Part shown: positions 41,628 through 51,485 of the stretch, piece after piece | How the letters are laid out: each line of letters begins with the position of its first letter | Numbering within the stretch: the stretch's first letter is position 1 | Assembly (NCBI GenBank): GCA_963827235.1 | Contig: CAWHAE010000009.1 | Span: 448,001 to 512,000 of the forward strand | Origin: an uncultured bacterium | GTDB taxonomy: Bacteria > Chloroflexota > UBA5177 > JANWHV01 | Length of the DNA: 64,000 bases | Direction: 5' to 3' | Translations under genes and position numbers: made by a program | The notes under the pieces: model-generated | The model's input: only the letters and a program-made list of their open reading frames with translations | What the model was told of the DNA's origin: nothing | Databases searched by the model: none

Positions 41628-41667
41628 AAGTGCCCGGCATCCGAGGATCCTCGGATGCCGGGCACTT
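41628..41667. terminator. Perfect 40 bp palindrome, probable terminator after the S53 peptidase
   Basis: AAGTGCCCGGCATCCGAGGA|TCCTCGGATGCCGGGCACTT followed by TGT. Confidence 0.7.
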
Positions 41668-41795
41668 TGTCATCGGGGCGGAGACGATGCCGCGGGCTAC
41701 ATGCCCTCCAACACATTCGGCACGAGACCGCGTGCACGAGTGACGAGCGGCATATGATCAGAGGAGCGGTGCCGCGTAACCAGGAGGGCGCGTCC

Positions 41796-42391
41796 GTGGT
41801 AGCACAGAAGGATCTAGCTCGCCGGCACATGAGCGTTGAGGAATGGCGCCAGCTGCAGCGGACGAGCAACGTCAAATACGAGTACAGCGACGGTCACGTG
41901 TTTGCCATGGCTGGAGGCAGTGCCGACTACTCAACCATTGCCATCAACACCATCCGCGCCGCCCAGGATGCCTTGGCAGAACACCCGCGCCGAGTCTACA
42001 ACTCCGACATTGCAGTGCGTCTGTCCCCGAGCGAGTATCGATCTCCCGATGCAACCGTGACCTGTGACGAGCGGGATCGAGGGCAAGTCACGGAGATATA
42101 GAGAGTCCTCGCGTGATCAGCGAAGTGCTCTCCGAGTCCACGGAAAAGCACGATCGGACGGTGAAGCTCGCGCTCTATCGAAGCTGTCCAAGTGTGCAGG
42201 AGTACATCTTGATCGCCACCGAATATCGGGCTGTGGAGGTCTTCCGTCGCGCTCAACCCCGCTGGACTTACGAGAGATACGGCCCGGAAGAGGCCGTCGA
42301 GCTGGAGAGTCTTGACCTGCGGCAGCCCGTCAGCCAGCTTTACCGGCTGACCGATGTTCCGGACGCGCCTTCCGCAGCACGCCGGCCCTAG
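41796..42391 (+). pseudogene. Uma2 family nuclease-like gene split by a stop/frameshift near 42095-42113
   Basis: KYEYSDG..AMAGGS..PDATVTCD then TAG; ISEVLSESTEKHDR..K..Y..CPSVQEY continues in another frame. GGAGGG RBS. Confidence 0.8.
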
Positions 42392-43647
42392 TGCCGCTCG
42401 AGCGCGGGCTGCAGCCCGCAAGGCTCGCCGCGCGCCAGGTGCAGCCATCGTGCCGCTCGAGGCACCAGCCACTGTGCTGCCGCCACGCCGGCCATCAGGT
42501 TGAGCAGGGTAGCAGGAACCAGCAGAAAGCGGACGGCCTGCCAGAAGTACGGCAGATAGAGGGCGAGCGTGACGACGAAGGTCACCAGGGTGAACCGGCA
42601 CACGGCGCCCCGCGTGCCTCCCTCGCGCAGGTGGCGGATCGTCCAACCCAATCCCAGCACGCCGGCACCGGGCAGAGCGATCCAGAGCTTAAAGCCGAGC
42701 AGCGCGACGACGTAGAGCAGCGCGTTGGACCAGTGCCATCGCCACGAGAGACCCGAGCGCCCGGCCGGCTGACCGACCACGTAGCGCGGGCGGAAGAAGG
42801 AGCTCAGGCCGGAGCCTGCCGTCGGGCCGGTATGCAGCGCCGCATAGCCTGTGGTCCACGGTGAGCCATACGTTGCCTGTTGCCACAACCCCAGTAGCGC
42901 GACGAGCAGCAGCGCTCCCGCGGCATAGTAAACGGCGCGGTGCCGCGCGTCAGGCAGGGTGGACAGCGCGGCGAGCCCCGCGGCAAGCAAGAGGAGGGTG
43001 GGGAGGCGAATCCACACCAGGCCTCCTGCCAGGAGACCGGCGAACAGCGTGGAAGCAGGTGAGCGGCCGGTGACGAGGACAGCGAGCTCCAGCAGGATAA
43101 GGGTAGCGGTCGGCAGATCGCTCATCACCGTGTGCGCGTAGGTAGCCATGCCGAGCGAGCACAGACAGAACACCGCCGCCACAGGCGCCGCTGCGACATC
43201 CCAGAGCCGCGTCGCCAGCCACGCCGCCAGCACGGCCAAGAGCAGAGCGGAGAGGAAGTTCGTCCATACCGCCGCTGTCACGCCGCCCAGTGCCACGGCA
43301 GGGAGCAACAGCGCCGAGTACCCGGGCGGATAGCGGGGGATATGCGCGACCCGGTTGGAATCGGCCGCGCCCATGGAAGGCGGCCCGATCCATTGCACGG
43401 TGTAGCTGCCGTGGAGCAATGCGGCCGCGCCATAGGCATAGTCGAGCGCATCGGGCACGTCACCCGGCACCGTGCCGGGAGCCACGTGCGGCCGTTCGAC
43501 GACGCCAAACACGACGAGGCACAGCAGAAACGCCGCCACGGCAAAGACAGCGCGGGAAGGTGGGCCACTGAGCATGAATAGACGAGCGGTCACGGCCGTC
43601 ACTCGGCCGCTGTTCGGCGTTCTGTTGCGGATTTCACCTTGTCGCAC
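42388..43647 (-). CDS. GT-C type membrane glycosyltransferase-like protein
   Basis: PDALDY loop, PRYPPGYSALL, MSDLP, RFLLVP; multiple TM helices. Confidence 0.65.
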   Translation of the reverse strand: MRQGEIRNRTPNSGRVTAVTARLFMLSGPPSRAVFAVAAFLLCLVVFGVVERPHVAPGTVPGDVPDALDYAYGAAALLHGSYTVQWIGPPSMGAADSNRVAHIPRYPPGYSALLLPAVALGGVTAAVWTNFLSALLLAVLAAWLATRLWDVAAAPVAAVFCLCSLGMATYAHTVMSDLPTATLILLELAVLVTGRSPASTLFAGLLAGGLVWIRLPTLLLLAAGLAALSTLPDARHRAVYYAAGALLLVALLGLWQQATYGSPWTTGYAALHTGPTAGSGLSSFFRPRYVVGQPAGRSGLSWRWHWSNALLYVVALLGFKLWIALPGAGVLGLGWTIRHLREGGTRGAVCRFTLVTFVVTLALYLPYFWQAVRFLLVPATLLNLMAGVAAAQWLVPRAARWLHLARGEPCGLQPALERH

Positions 43648-43928
43648 CGTGGTGCCGGCTGCCGCTCAAGACCAAACGAGTGTTTGCTCACGAGATGCGG
43701 CAGCACCTCTGTCTACAAGACAGTGTAGATAAGGTGGAGAGAACGGGCCGCCCGCCGATCCACCCCAGCGTATCTGCATTCCGTGATCCAGGGCTTCGGC
43801 TCGGCGAGCGCGCTTCCGGCCGAAGCAGTTGAGCGCCGTACCAGGTGTGGCAAGGGGCAGCCAGATCGCTCCGGACAGCGGAGAATGGGCGGATCGGCGA
43901 AGCTACTGCGGGAGACCGGGAACGTGCG

Positions 43929-44195
43929 CTAGTCGATGTGCAGACTCTCCGGCCGCCGCGGGTGCGGCGTTTCTTCCGTCCGCTGAATGGCCGCGTCGAT
44001 CAGGGCGCGCACCGCGAGCAGGCGCTCGCGCTGGGCGGCCCGCAGATGCTTCCGCGCCTCAGGGGGCAGCAGGCGGCGCACGATCGAGGCAGGCCAGAGC
44101 GACTCGCGCCGGCGCAGCTCCCGGACCTGATCTTCGAGCCTCCGCAGCTTCTCCTCGAGGCTTTCCGTGACCAAAGGAGCCTCAGGCTGTGCCAT
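43929..44195 (-). CDS. Small coiled-coil protein translationally coupled to the ArsA-like ATPase
   Basis: Overlaps the upstream stop; GAAGAGAG RBS; LEEKLRRLEDQVREL; HLRAAQRERLLAVRALIDAAI. Confidence 0.72.
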   Translation of the reverse strand: MAQPEAPLVTESLEEKLRRLEDQVRELRRRESLWPASIVRRLLPPEARKHLRAAQRERLLAVRALIDAAIQRTEETPHPRRPESLHID

Positions 44196-45363
44196 CTCTC
44201 TTCCCTCCGAACGCGATTGTGAGCTTGGAATCCTGCATGGCCGCCGACTCTATGCGCAGATCGACGAGCACGCGCGGTAACACCAGAGTACGGCGATAGT
44301 TGCCTACCTGCAACAGCAGCTCATCGCCCAGGCGCTTGGCCGTGACCTGCTCCTTGCTCGTGAACGGCAGCATCATCTCGAGCCGGTAGCTACCATCGCT
44401 CTTGAGCACCTCATACGGCCGGCCTCTGGAGTAGAAGTCGCTCGGGTCGTCGTCCTCGAAGATAGCCTCGCCCAGGCGGCGGAGCATGGGCAAGCCGAAC
44501 ACCTCCTGCTCGAAGTACGGCGCCTGCCGGATGGGCAGCGGGGAGAACGCCTCGTCGATGGCCAGCCGGTGGCGGGCCTGTTGCTGCCGCCACGTGGCAA
44601 GATAGCCGTCCTCGGCTCCCTCGGGGAGCATGCGGTTGCAGATCACGAGGTCAATCGCGTAGCCGTAGAGGTTCAGGTAGGTATAGGTCCGCTGCGCTTC
44701 CTTGATCACCATTTTCTCGGCATTGACGACTAGGCGAACGGACGTCAGGTCCGGGTTGGCGAGCAGCTCGTGCATGCGGTCCAGCCTGTGGAACAGCGCC
44801 TCGCCGGCGTCGAACACGTCTCTGGTCGGCACGGGCGCCCCGGTCATCCGGCGCACCACGGGTCCGGTGACCTGCGCCAGGCGCCGCTGCACCGGCAGGA
44901 CCTTCTCCAGCCACCAGCGGGCGCTATCCGGTATTGCCAGCAGACGCAGCGTCTCGCCGGTGGGTGCGCAGTCGATGATGATGGTGTCGAAGCTGCCGGA
45001 GTCGTGATGATCGGAAATCCAGAAGAGGCTGGACAGCTCGTCCATGCCCGGCAGGATAGCCAGCTCCTCGGCCATCACATCGTCCAGGCCGCGCCAGGTA
45101 AACAGTGTGTGCATCCAGTCCTGGATCACGCGGTAGTAGCGGTCGACGTTGTAGTAGACGTCGGTCTCCTGTGCCCACAGATTCGGCGCCACTTGCACGG
45201 GCTCGGGCCCCAGCGGGACGTCAAAGGAGTCCGCCAGGCTGTGCGCGATATCGGTGCTGACCACGATGGTACGCTGGCCACGGTCGGCACAGCGCAGGGC
45301 GGTAGCGGCAGCTGTGCTGGTCTTGCCGACGCCGCCCTTACCCGTATAGAGGATGATTCTCAC
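44182..45363 (-). CDS. ArsA/GET3 family ATPase with HSP20-like C-terminal domain
   Basis: MRIILYTGKGGVGKT, STDIAHSL, PGMDE, DCAPTGETLRLL, C-terminal YRRTLVLP. Confidence 0.9.
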   Translation of the reverse strand: MRIILYTGKGGVGKTSTAAATALRCADRGQRTIVVSTDIAHSLADSFDVPLGPEPVQVAPNLWAQETDVYYNVDRYYRVIQDWMHTLFTWRGLDDVMAEELAILPGMDELSSLFWISDHHDSGSFDTIIIDCAPTGETLRLLAIPDSARWWLEKVLPVQRRLAQVTGPVVRRMTGAPVPTRDVFDAGEALFHRLDRMHELLANPDLTSVRLVVNAEKMVIKEAQRTYTYLNLYGYAIDLVICNRMLPEGAEDGYLATWRQQQARHRLAIDEAFSPLPIRQAPYFEQEVFGLPMLRRLGEAIFEDDDPSDFYSRGRPYEVLKSDGSYRLEMMLPFTSKEQVTAKRLGDELLLQVGNYRRTLVLPRVLVDLRIESAAMQDSKLTIAFGGKRDGTA

Positions 45364-45494
45364 GTCGTGCTCCCATGATGCTCTACAGGTGAGTGTAGCG
45401 CCCACCCGTCTTCACGAGGTGAGAGAGCGGCCTCGGTCTCCCGTCCGCTCCGAGCACTGAACGGCCCAGTGTGGCTGCCGTGCGCGTCCGCGCG

Positions 45495-45558
45495 TTGACG
45501 GCCAAGGGCCGGGGTGCTAGTATTGCACCTGTTATCGATACCTGGTATGGATAACAGG
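45495..45558 (+). promoter_or_regulatory. sigma70 promoter plus 31 bp palindromic operator upstream of the arabinofuranosidase
   Basis: TTGACG, 17 nt spacer, TAGTAT (TGn extended), then CCTGTTATCGATACC-T-GGTATGGATAACAGG (14/15 symmetric). Confidence 0.7.
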
Positions 45559-45578
45559 AACGGGCCGAGGGAGGCTTT

Positions 45579-47528
45579 ATGAAGAGACTTTCCCTGGCGG
45601 CCGTGGCGGCTTGCCTGCTTCTAGCCCCGACCGCAGCTTCTGCCCCGGCTGCCACGCGGGCCGCCGCGCCCACCGCCACCATCACCGTGCACGCAGGCTC
45701 CAGTGGAGCGCGGATCAGCCCCACGCTGTTCGGCCTCATGTTCGAGGAGATCAACCATTCCGGCGACGGCGGCATCTACGCAGAGCTGCTCCAGAACCGG
45801 GCGATGCGTGACAACCCGCCGTACACCGATCCGTGGACGCTGGAGATGATGGGGCACGCGGCCGCGTCGCTCGATCTCGACGAGCACGACCCCGTCAACG
45901 GCAATCTGCCCGAGAGCTTGCGACTGACCATCTCCCGGCTCGCGGCGGGCGATCGCGCCGGCGTGTCCAACCCCGGCTACTACGGTATGGCGATCCGGCC
46001 GCGCACGACCTATCGCGTCTCGTTCTACGCGCGGAGCGGCGCCGGCTTCGCTGGGCCGCTCTCAGTAGCCCTCGAGAGCTCCGGCAACGCGATTCTGGCC
46101 GCGGCAACGGTCAACGGCGTGGGAAGCCGCTGGCGTCACTACACCCTCACGCTGACCACGAAGCCGACCCTCGTACCCGGCGAGAACAATCACTTCGTGA
46201 TCTCGGCGGCACACACGGGCACCATCTGGTTCAGCCTGGTGTCGCTCTTCCCTCCCACCTGGAACAACCGCCCGAACGGCATGCGCATCGACCTGATGCA
46301 GGACCTGCTGAGCCTGCATCCCGGCTTCCTGCGCATTCCCGGCGGCAACTATCTCGAGGGCCAGACGGTCGACACGCGCTTCATCTGGCAGAACACCCTG
46401 GGCGATCTTGCGCAGCGTCCGGGCCACCAGGACGACGCCTGGGGCTACCGATCCACGGACGGCCTGGGACTGCTGGAGTACCTGGAATGGTGCGAGGACT
46501 TGCACACCACCCCCGTTCTGGCGGTCTACGCCGGCTACTCGCTCTCCGGAAGCTATGTCCAGCCGGGACATGACCTGAAGCCGTACGTCCAGGATGCCCT
46601 GAACGAGATACAGTACGCCACGGGCCCGGTGTCCACCGTGTGGGGTGCGAAGCGTGCCGCCGACGGCCATCCCGCGCCATTCACGCTGCAGTACGTCGAG
46701 ATCGGAAACGAAGACTTCTTCGATCGCTCGGGCAGCTACGACGGGCGCTTCGCCCAGTTCTACGACGCCATCAAGGCAGCGTACCCGTCGATCAAGCTGA
46801 TCTCCACCACTACCGATATCAGCAGCCGCACGCCGGACCTGTTCGACCTGCATTTCTATGAAACGGCCGAGTGGTTTGCCGGCCAGGCCGGCTACTTCGA
46901 CAGCTACAGCCGCAGTGCTCCCAAGGTCATGGTCGGCGAGTACGCGGCGCGGGGCAGCGACGAAAGTATCGGGCAAGGGCAGGCTACGCTCGGCAATGCG
47001 ATCGGCGAAGCTGCCTGGCTCACCGGGCTCGAGCGAAATGCCGACGTCGTGCGCATGGCCTCCTACGCCCCACTGTTCCAGAACCTGAGCAGCTACCAAT
47101 GGAGTCCCGATCTGATCAGCTACGACGCGTTGAACACCGTCCCATCGCCTTCCTACTACGTCCAGCAGCTCTTTGCCTCAAACCACGGAGACGTCGTGGC
47201 GCCGGCTACGGTGAGTCGCGGCGTACCGCTTGCCGTCGTGGCCTCGAGAGACGATCGGCGGAGCACGTTCTACCTGACGGTGGTCAACTCCGGATCCTCC
47301 GCGCTGCGCTGCCGGGTGTCACTCCAGGGCGCGGAGACGATCGCGGGCAGCAGCAAGGTGACCGTGCTGACTGCGAGCAGCACGGATGACCAGAATACGC
47401 TCACTCAGCCGCGCCGGGTCTATCCGGCGACACGTCGGATCGCGACCCCCTCGACATCCTTTACCTTCAGCTTCGCCGCGCATTCGGTCACCGTCCTCCA
47501 GTTTTCTGCCGGCGCGCGGCCCGGCTAA
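45579..47528 (+). CDS. Secreted alpha-L-arabinofuranosidase, GH51 family, with CBM4/9-like N-terminal domain
   Basis: Signal peptide, FEEINHSGDGGIYAEL, FLRIPGGNYLEG, EIGNE, VGEYA, ERNADVVRMASYAPL. Confidence 0.92.
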   Translation: MKRLSLAAVAACLLLAPTAASAPAATRAAAPTATITVHAGSSGARISPTLFGLMFEEINHSGDGGIYAELLQNRAMRDNPPYTDPWTLEMMGHAAASLDLDEHDPVNGNLPESLRLTISRLAAGDRAGVSNPGYYGMAIRPRTTYRVSFYARSGAGFAGPLSVALESSGNAILAAATVNGVGSRWRHYTLTLTTKPTLVPGENNHFVISAAHTGTIWFSLVSLFPPTWNNRPNGMRIDLMQDLLSLHPGFLRIPGGNYLEGQTVDTRFIWQNTLGDLAQRPGHQDDAWGYRSTDGLGLLEYLEWCEDLHTTPVLAVYAGYSLSGSYVQPGHDLKPYVQDALNEIQYATGPVSTVWGAKRAADGHPAPFTLQYVEIGNEDFFDRSGSYDGRFAQFYDAIKAAYPSIKLISTTTDISSRTPDLFDLHFYETAEWFAGQAGYFDSYSRSAPKVMVGEYAARGSDESIGQGQATLGNAIGEAAWLTGLERNADVVRMASYAPLFQNLSSYQWSPDLISYDALNTVPSPSYYVQQLFASNHGDVVAPATVSRGVPLAVVASRDDRRSTFYLTVVNSGSSALRCRVSLQGAETIAGSSKVTVLTASSTDDQNTLTQPRRVYPATRRIATPSTSFTFSFAAHSVTVLQFSAGARPG

Positions 47529-47562
47529 TCGCGGGGCGTGTCGCCGGTATGCGCGCGGTTCG

Positions 47563-49728
47563 ATGAGGATGCGGCTGCGGCCCGCCGGGCACCTGAGCAT
47601 GAGCGCCCTGGTGTGGCTCGGCGCCCTGGTGTGCATCGGGCCCCTGGCCTGGGCCCTCGTCGCGTCGCTCAGCATCGAAGTCGGCTCGCTCTACGCACCG
47701 GGGACCGGCGGCATGCACATGCCGACGATCGACAACTATGTGCGGGCGATCAGGGACCAGCGCCTGTGGACAGGCTTCAAGAATACGGGCATAGAGCTGC
47801 TCATCGTGCTGCCCACGACGCTCTTCTTCTGCCCGCTTGCCGGCTACGGCTTCGCCAAGTTCCAGTTCTCGGCCAAACGCCTGCTCTTCATTCTCATGGT
47901 TCCCACGCTGTTCTCCGTGCCGGTGACGCAGTACGTGCCCCTGCTCGTGGAGATGAACTCGATCGGCTGGGTAGGCACCTACCAGGCGTTGGTCGTTCCC
48001 CTGCTGATCAGCTCTCTCGGAATCTTCTGGATGACGGCGGCGATCACGTCGGTGCCCGACGAGCTCCTCTACGCCGCCCGAGTCGACGGATGCAATAGCT
48101 TCCAGACCTGGTGGCGGATAGTGATGCCGGCGATCCGGCCTTCCCTGGTGAGCCTGGCCTTCGTCACCTTCATCACCGCCTACAACGACTACTACTGGCC
48201 GCTCCTGATCCTGCCGCAGGACAGCATGCACACGGTGCAAGTCGCGCTCCAGGCCGGCTCGGGCTACGGCCAGGGATTCCTCGCGGACATGGTGGTCGTC
48301 TGCATGCCGGCCGTGATCGCCTTTCTGTTCATGCAGCGCTACTTCTTGCGCACGCTGGCGGCGGAACGGCGACCACCGGCGATCGCGGAAAGCGTGCCGC
48401 CGTTCCAGCCGGATTCGGCGGCAGGCCAGGAGCAGCCCGCTGCCGGCGCGTCCGGCGCCCGGTCACCGCGGCGCGCGACCCGGGCCGCGCAGTGCGGCAC
48501 GGTCGTCGCCGCTACGGCTCTGGTCTACGTCCACTCGCTGCGGAACAGCCTGCACCTCGAAGACGTCCTGCGGCTGGTGGGAAACCCGGCGGTCGAGCAT
48601 TTCGCGCCGCTGTGGCGGTATTTCAGCGATCCCGCTGCCAGCTCATCCGTGCCCATCAATCTGCAGTTTCGACCCTTGCTGCCGCTCAGCCTGGCGGCCA
48701 ACCACGCGCTCACCGGCGACGGCGCGACCGGCTATCACCTGGGGAATCTCCTGCTGCTGGCCTGTGCCGGCATCGTCACCTATTACCTGGTGCGGGAGCT
48801 GCTCGGCCGGGCAGTGCCGGCTTTCGCCGAGGGAGACGTCGGCGTGGCGGCCACGGGCGTGGCCCTGCTCTCCTGCCTCCATCCGGCTGCTGCATTGCTG
48901 GTCGACACCGTGTCGGACCGCGCCTTGCTGCTGATGCAGATCTTTCTGGGGGCCGCGCTGCTGCTCTACGTGCGCTCTCGGGCGCCGGGCGCGCGCCGGC
49001 AGGCAGCAGGGCGCTGGCAATGGGAGATCCCGCGGCGCGCGGCCGGGCGGTCGATTCTGATTTGGCCGGTCATCCTTGCTCTGTTCGAGCTGGCCCTGCT
49101 GGCGAAGTCGCAGGCCGTGGTGGCGCCGGCGCTCGTGCTGGCGTTCGAGCTCACTGTAGGGCGGGCTAGCCCGTGGCAGCCCGCACCCTATCTGCGCTCC
49201 CTGCCATTCGCAGGCGTAGCGTGGGCACATCTTGCCTACATCAACGCCTATGTTGGCTATACCGCTCTACCGGACAGCGCCAATGCCGGGTTCGACGCCA
49301 CCTGGAACTACCCGCTCACGCAGATCCGCCTCAGCGCCGTCCACTATCTCGGCAACGTCGTCTGGCCGTTCAACGTGCGCTTGGTTGCGGTAGCGCCCAC
49401 CGCGAGCAGCCTTCTCGACGCCGGCGTGCTGATCGGAGCGGTCGTCATCGTGGGCACGCTGCTGTATGCCTGGCGAGCTCGCCGGTCGCAGCCCCTGCTG
49501 GCATTCTGCTTGCTTGCCTACTGGATCGCGCAGAGCGCGGAGTCGTCGGTAGTACCGATGGCGCGCAATGCGGCCGACTACCGCCCCTACCCGGCCCTGT
49601 CGTACCTCTTCCTGGCCCTGGTGCTGCTTCTGCGCCGGCGACTGAAACCGGCCCAGATCGCTTCCCTGCTGATCCTGCTGGCGGTGTACTTCTCGATCGC
49701 CTCGATCGGCTTGAGCGCGCAGTGGTGA
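47563..49728 (+). CDS. Carbohydrate ABC permease (MalG-like) fused to a TMTC/DUF1736-like GT-C membrane domain
   Basis: AGYGFAKF.F and EAA loop VPDELLYAARVDG..WNDY-like YNDYYWPL, FMQRYF. After a linker: VYVHSLRN..ED..LVGNP, FRPL, YHLGNLLL, LHP, ALLAK, WP, YRPYP. Confidence 0.7.
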   Translation: MRMRLRPAGHLSMSALVWLGALVCIGPLAWALVASLSIEVGSLYAPGTGGMHMPTIDNYVRAIRDQRLWTGFKNTGIELLIVLPTTLFFCPLAGYGFAKFQFSAKRLLFILMVPTLFSVPVTQYVPLLVEMNSIGWVGTYQALVVPLLISSLGIFWMTAAITSVPDELLYAARVDGCNSFQTWWRIVMPAIRPSLVSLAFVTFITAYNDYYWPLLILPQDSMHTVQVALQAGSGYGQGFLADMVVVCMPAVIAFLFMQRYFLRTLAAERRPPAIAESVPPFQPDSAAGQEQPAAGASGARSPRRATRAAQCGTVVAATALVYVHSLRNSLHLEDVLRLVGNPAVEHFAPLWRYFSDPAASSSVPINLQFRPLLPLSLAANHALTGDGATGYHLGNLLLLACAGIVTYYLVRELLGRAVPAFAEGDVGVAATGVALLSCLHPAAALLVDTVSDRALLLMQIFLGAALLLYVRSRAPGARRQAAGRWQWEIPRRAAGRSILIWPVILALFELALLAKSQAVVAPALVLAFELTVGRASPWQPAPYLRSLPFAGVAWAHLAYINAYVGYTALPDSANAGFDATWNYPLTQIRLSAVHYLGNVVWPFNVRLVAVAPTASSLLDAGVLIGAVVIVGTLLYAWRARRSQPLLAFCLLAYWIAQSAESSVVPMARNAADYRPYPALSYLFLALVLLLRRRLKPAQIASLLILLAVYFSIASIGLSAQW

Positions 49729-49977
49729 GCCGCGCGGCACCTCGCAAGCCCCTCGTTGCGTTGGGATCCAGCTGGACACGCCGCTGTCATGGCAGCGGAC
49801 GGACACCGCGCTGCCGGAGGAGCGCTGCCGATCTGGCTGGACAGCCTACTAAACCCGGTTGTGACCATGCCTGCACGTCTCAGTGGCGCTCACATTGGCC
49901 ATAGAGGATCGCGTAGCGCAGGGCGCGGCCGTCTTCGAGCGAAGGTTCGAGCGCGTGGGCCTATATGTATGGCGGGA

Positions 49978-50847
49978 CTACTCGAGATCGCCTTGCGTAA
50001 CGCCCTGGCCGGTGGTGTACAGCTCTCGGGCAAAGGCGGCGATTCGCGCGCCGGTCTCCCGGGGATACATGTAGCCAAGCATCCCGGCGGTCTCCTCTGC
50101 CAGGCGCTCGAACAGGACAATAGTGGCGAAGAAGGCACGCCAGCCATCGGCACGATCGAAGCGAGAGAAGCAGCTGCCGAGGGCGTGCCAGATGGCGGGA
50201 TCGACCCATTCTCGCATGTGCTTGCCGAGGTAGTACGTGTCGTAGTCCGAGCCGTGCTTGGCCCGGGCGTGCCACTCGATCACCTGTCGCAGCAGCTCGC
50301 GTGTCGACCACTCTCTCTGCTTGACCAGCCACAGCTCCCCACGGCGAAGGTACTTCGGAATATGGTATGCCTCAAACCAGAACTCGTTCACCACGGCGAG
50401 GAAGGCGCGCTCAGAGGGCGCTGCCTGCGGCGCCGGTCGCCCGGTAAACGGCGTAGCGCTCGCTGCGCGCCCATCCTTATCCAGCAAGATCCGGTAACCA
50501 CGATTGTAGAGATCCTCGATGACCGGCCCGCACAGGTCCCGCTCGAACCACGAGGCCGGTGTGATCGAAAAGTCGACCTTCAGGCCGCCCTCGAAGACGA
50601 CAAGCCGGGTTGGCGGGCCGTCGGGCTCGTTGGCGAGTGCGAGATATACCCACACGCCGGCGATCTGGTGAATCCAGGCGTCCGAGTCCGTGTACAGGGC
50701 ACTATCGGCGACGAACATGGCGATATCCAGGTCGGAGAGACCATCGGCATCGCCGTTCACGGCGCCGCGCGAGCCGGTGAGGAGCATGGCGCGGACTGCC
50801 TCCTGTCCCTGTCCCCAAGCCACGAGGGTCTGCAGCAGATCATCCAT
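49978..50847 (-). CDS. Aminoglycoside 6-adenylyltransferase (AadK/ANT(6))-like nucleotidyltransferase
   Basis: GSRG..D.LSDLDI, KVDF, ILLDKDG, VNEFWFE..K.L.RGELW, GK. Confidence 0.8.
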   Translation of the reverse strand: MDDLLQTLVAWGQGQEAVRAMLLTGSRGAVNGDADGLSDLDIAMFVADSALYTDSDAWIHQIAGVWVYLALANEPDGPPTRLVVFEGGLKVDFSITPASWFERDLCGPVIEDLYNRGYRILLDKDGRAASATPFTGRPAPQAAPSERAFLAVVNEFWFEAYHIPKYLRRGELWLVKQREWSTRELLRQVIEWHARAKHGSDYDTYYLGKHMREWVDPAIWHALGSCFSRFDRADGWRAFFATIVLFERLAEETAGMLGYMYPRETGARIAAFARELYTTGQGVTQGDLE

Positions 50848-50931
50848 GACCACGCTCTTGCGCCCACGATCCAGCAAGGCGCGACACCCAGCCCAATGGC
50901 TGGGGCGCGTAATTGAGGCTGCTCCGGTCCG

Positions 50932-51207
50932 TCAGGGCTGCCGGCTGGTGTGCTGTACACGCAGGACGACTACGCAATCTTCCTCAACTCGATAGATGGC
51001 AAGGTACGGATAGCGGCGCAGTATCAATTCACGCGTACCCACCTTCCTGCCGGGCCGTCCATATGCAGGGTGCAGGCCCAAGCGCTCGATCTGGGCGCGG
51101 ATATCCGCCAGCACCCCATGGGCATGAGCTGGACCGCTCAGTCGGGCGTAATAGGCGTGGATCGCTTCGAGGTTCCGGAGGGCTTGCCGCAGGAAGCAGA
51201 TTACCAC
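50932..51207 (-). CDS. Type II toxin, RelE/ParE family
   Basis: ALRNLEAIHAYY, HPAYGRPGRKVGTRELIL..YPYLAIYRV..VVVLRVQH. Overlaps the antitoxin stop. Confidence 0.88.
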   Translation of the reverse strand: MVICFLRQALRNLEAIHAYYARLSGPAHAHGVLADIRAQIERLGLHPAYGRPGRKVGTRELILRRYPYLAIYRVEEDCVVVLRVQHTSRQP

Positions 51208-51485
51208 GTTTCCTCGGCAACACGTGCACGCGCCTGTGCTAGTGCCGACGGGGTTGTGAGCCGATCTAATGTCACTTCCACCTCTTCCGCCGTAGCCACA
51301 TCGCCTGCGGCCAATTCTGTCAGGCCCGCCTCGATATCCGCGAGCTGCCATCGCTCGCGCTCAAGGTATTCCTTTACGGCTTCGTTGAAGAGATAGTTGG
51401 TGCTGCGGCCCGTGGCTTGGGCAAGCTTGGCCATCTGATCCTTCACATCGGGATCGAGACGCACGCTGAACGTAGTCATCGGCAT
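51201..51485 (-). CDS. Type II antitoxin, CopG/ribbon-helix-helix family
   Basis: TTFSVRLDPDVKDQMAKLAQATGRSTNYL.NEAV..YL..E.WQ...IEAG; AGAGGGAG RBS. Confidence 0.88.
   Translation of the reverse strand: MPMTTFSVRLDPDVKDQMAKLAQATGRSTNYLFNEAVKEYLERERWQLADIEAGLTELAAGDVATAEEVEVTLDRLTTPSALAQARARVAEETW

Noticed and set aside
49978-50847. Call as a bona fide streptomycin resistance gene
   Set aside because: Family-level similarity only, with no mobile context; substrate unknown.
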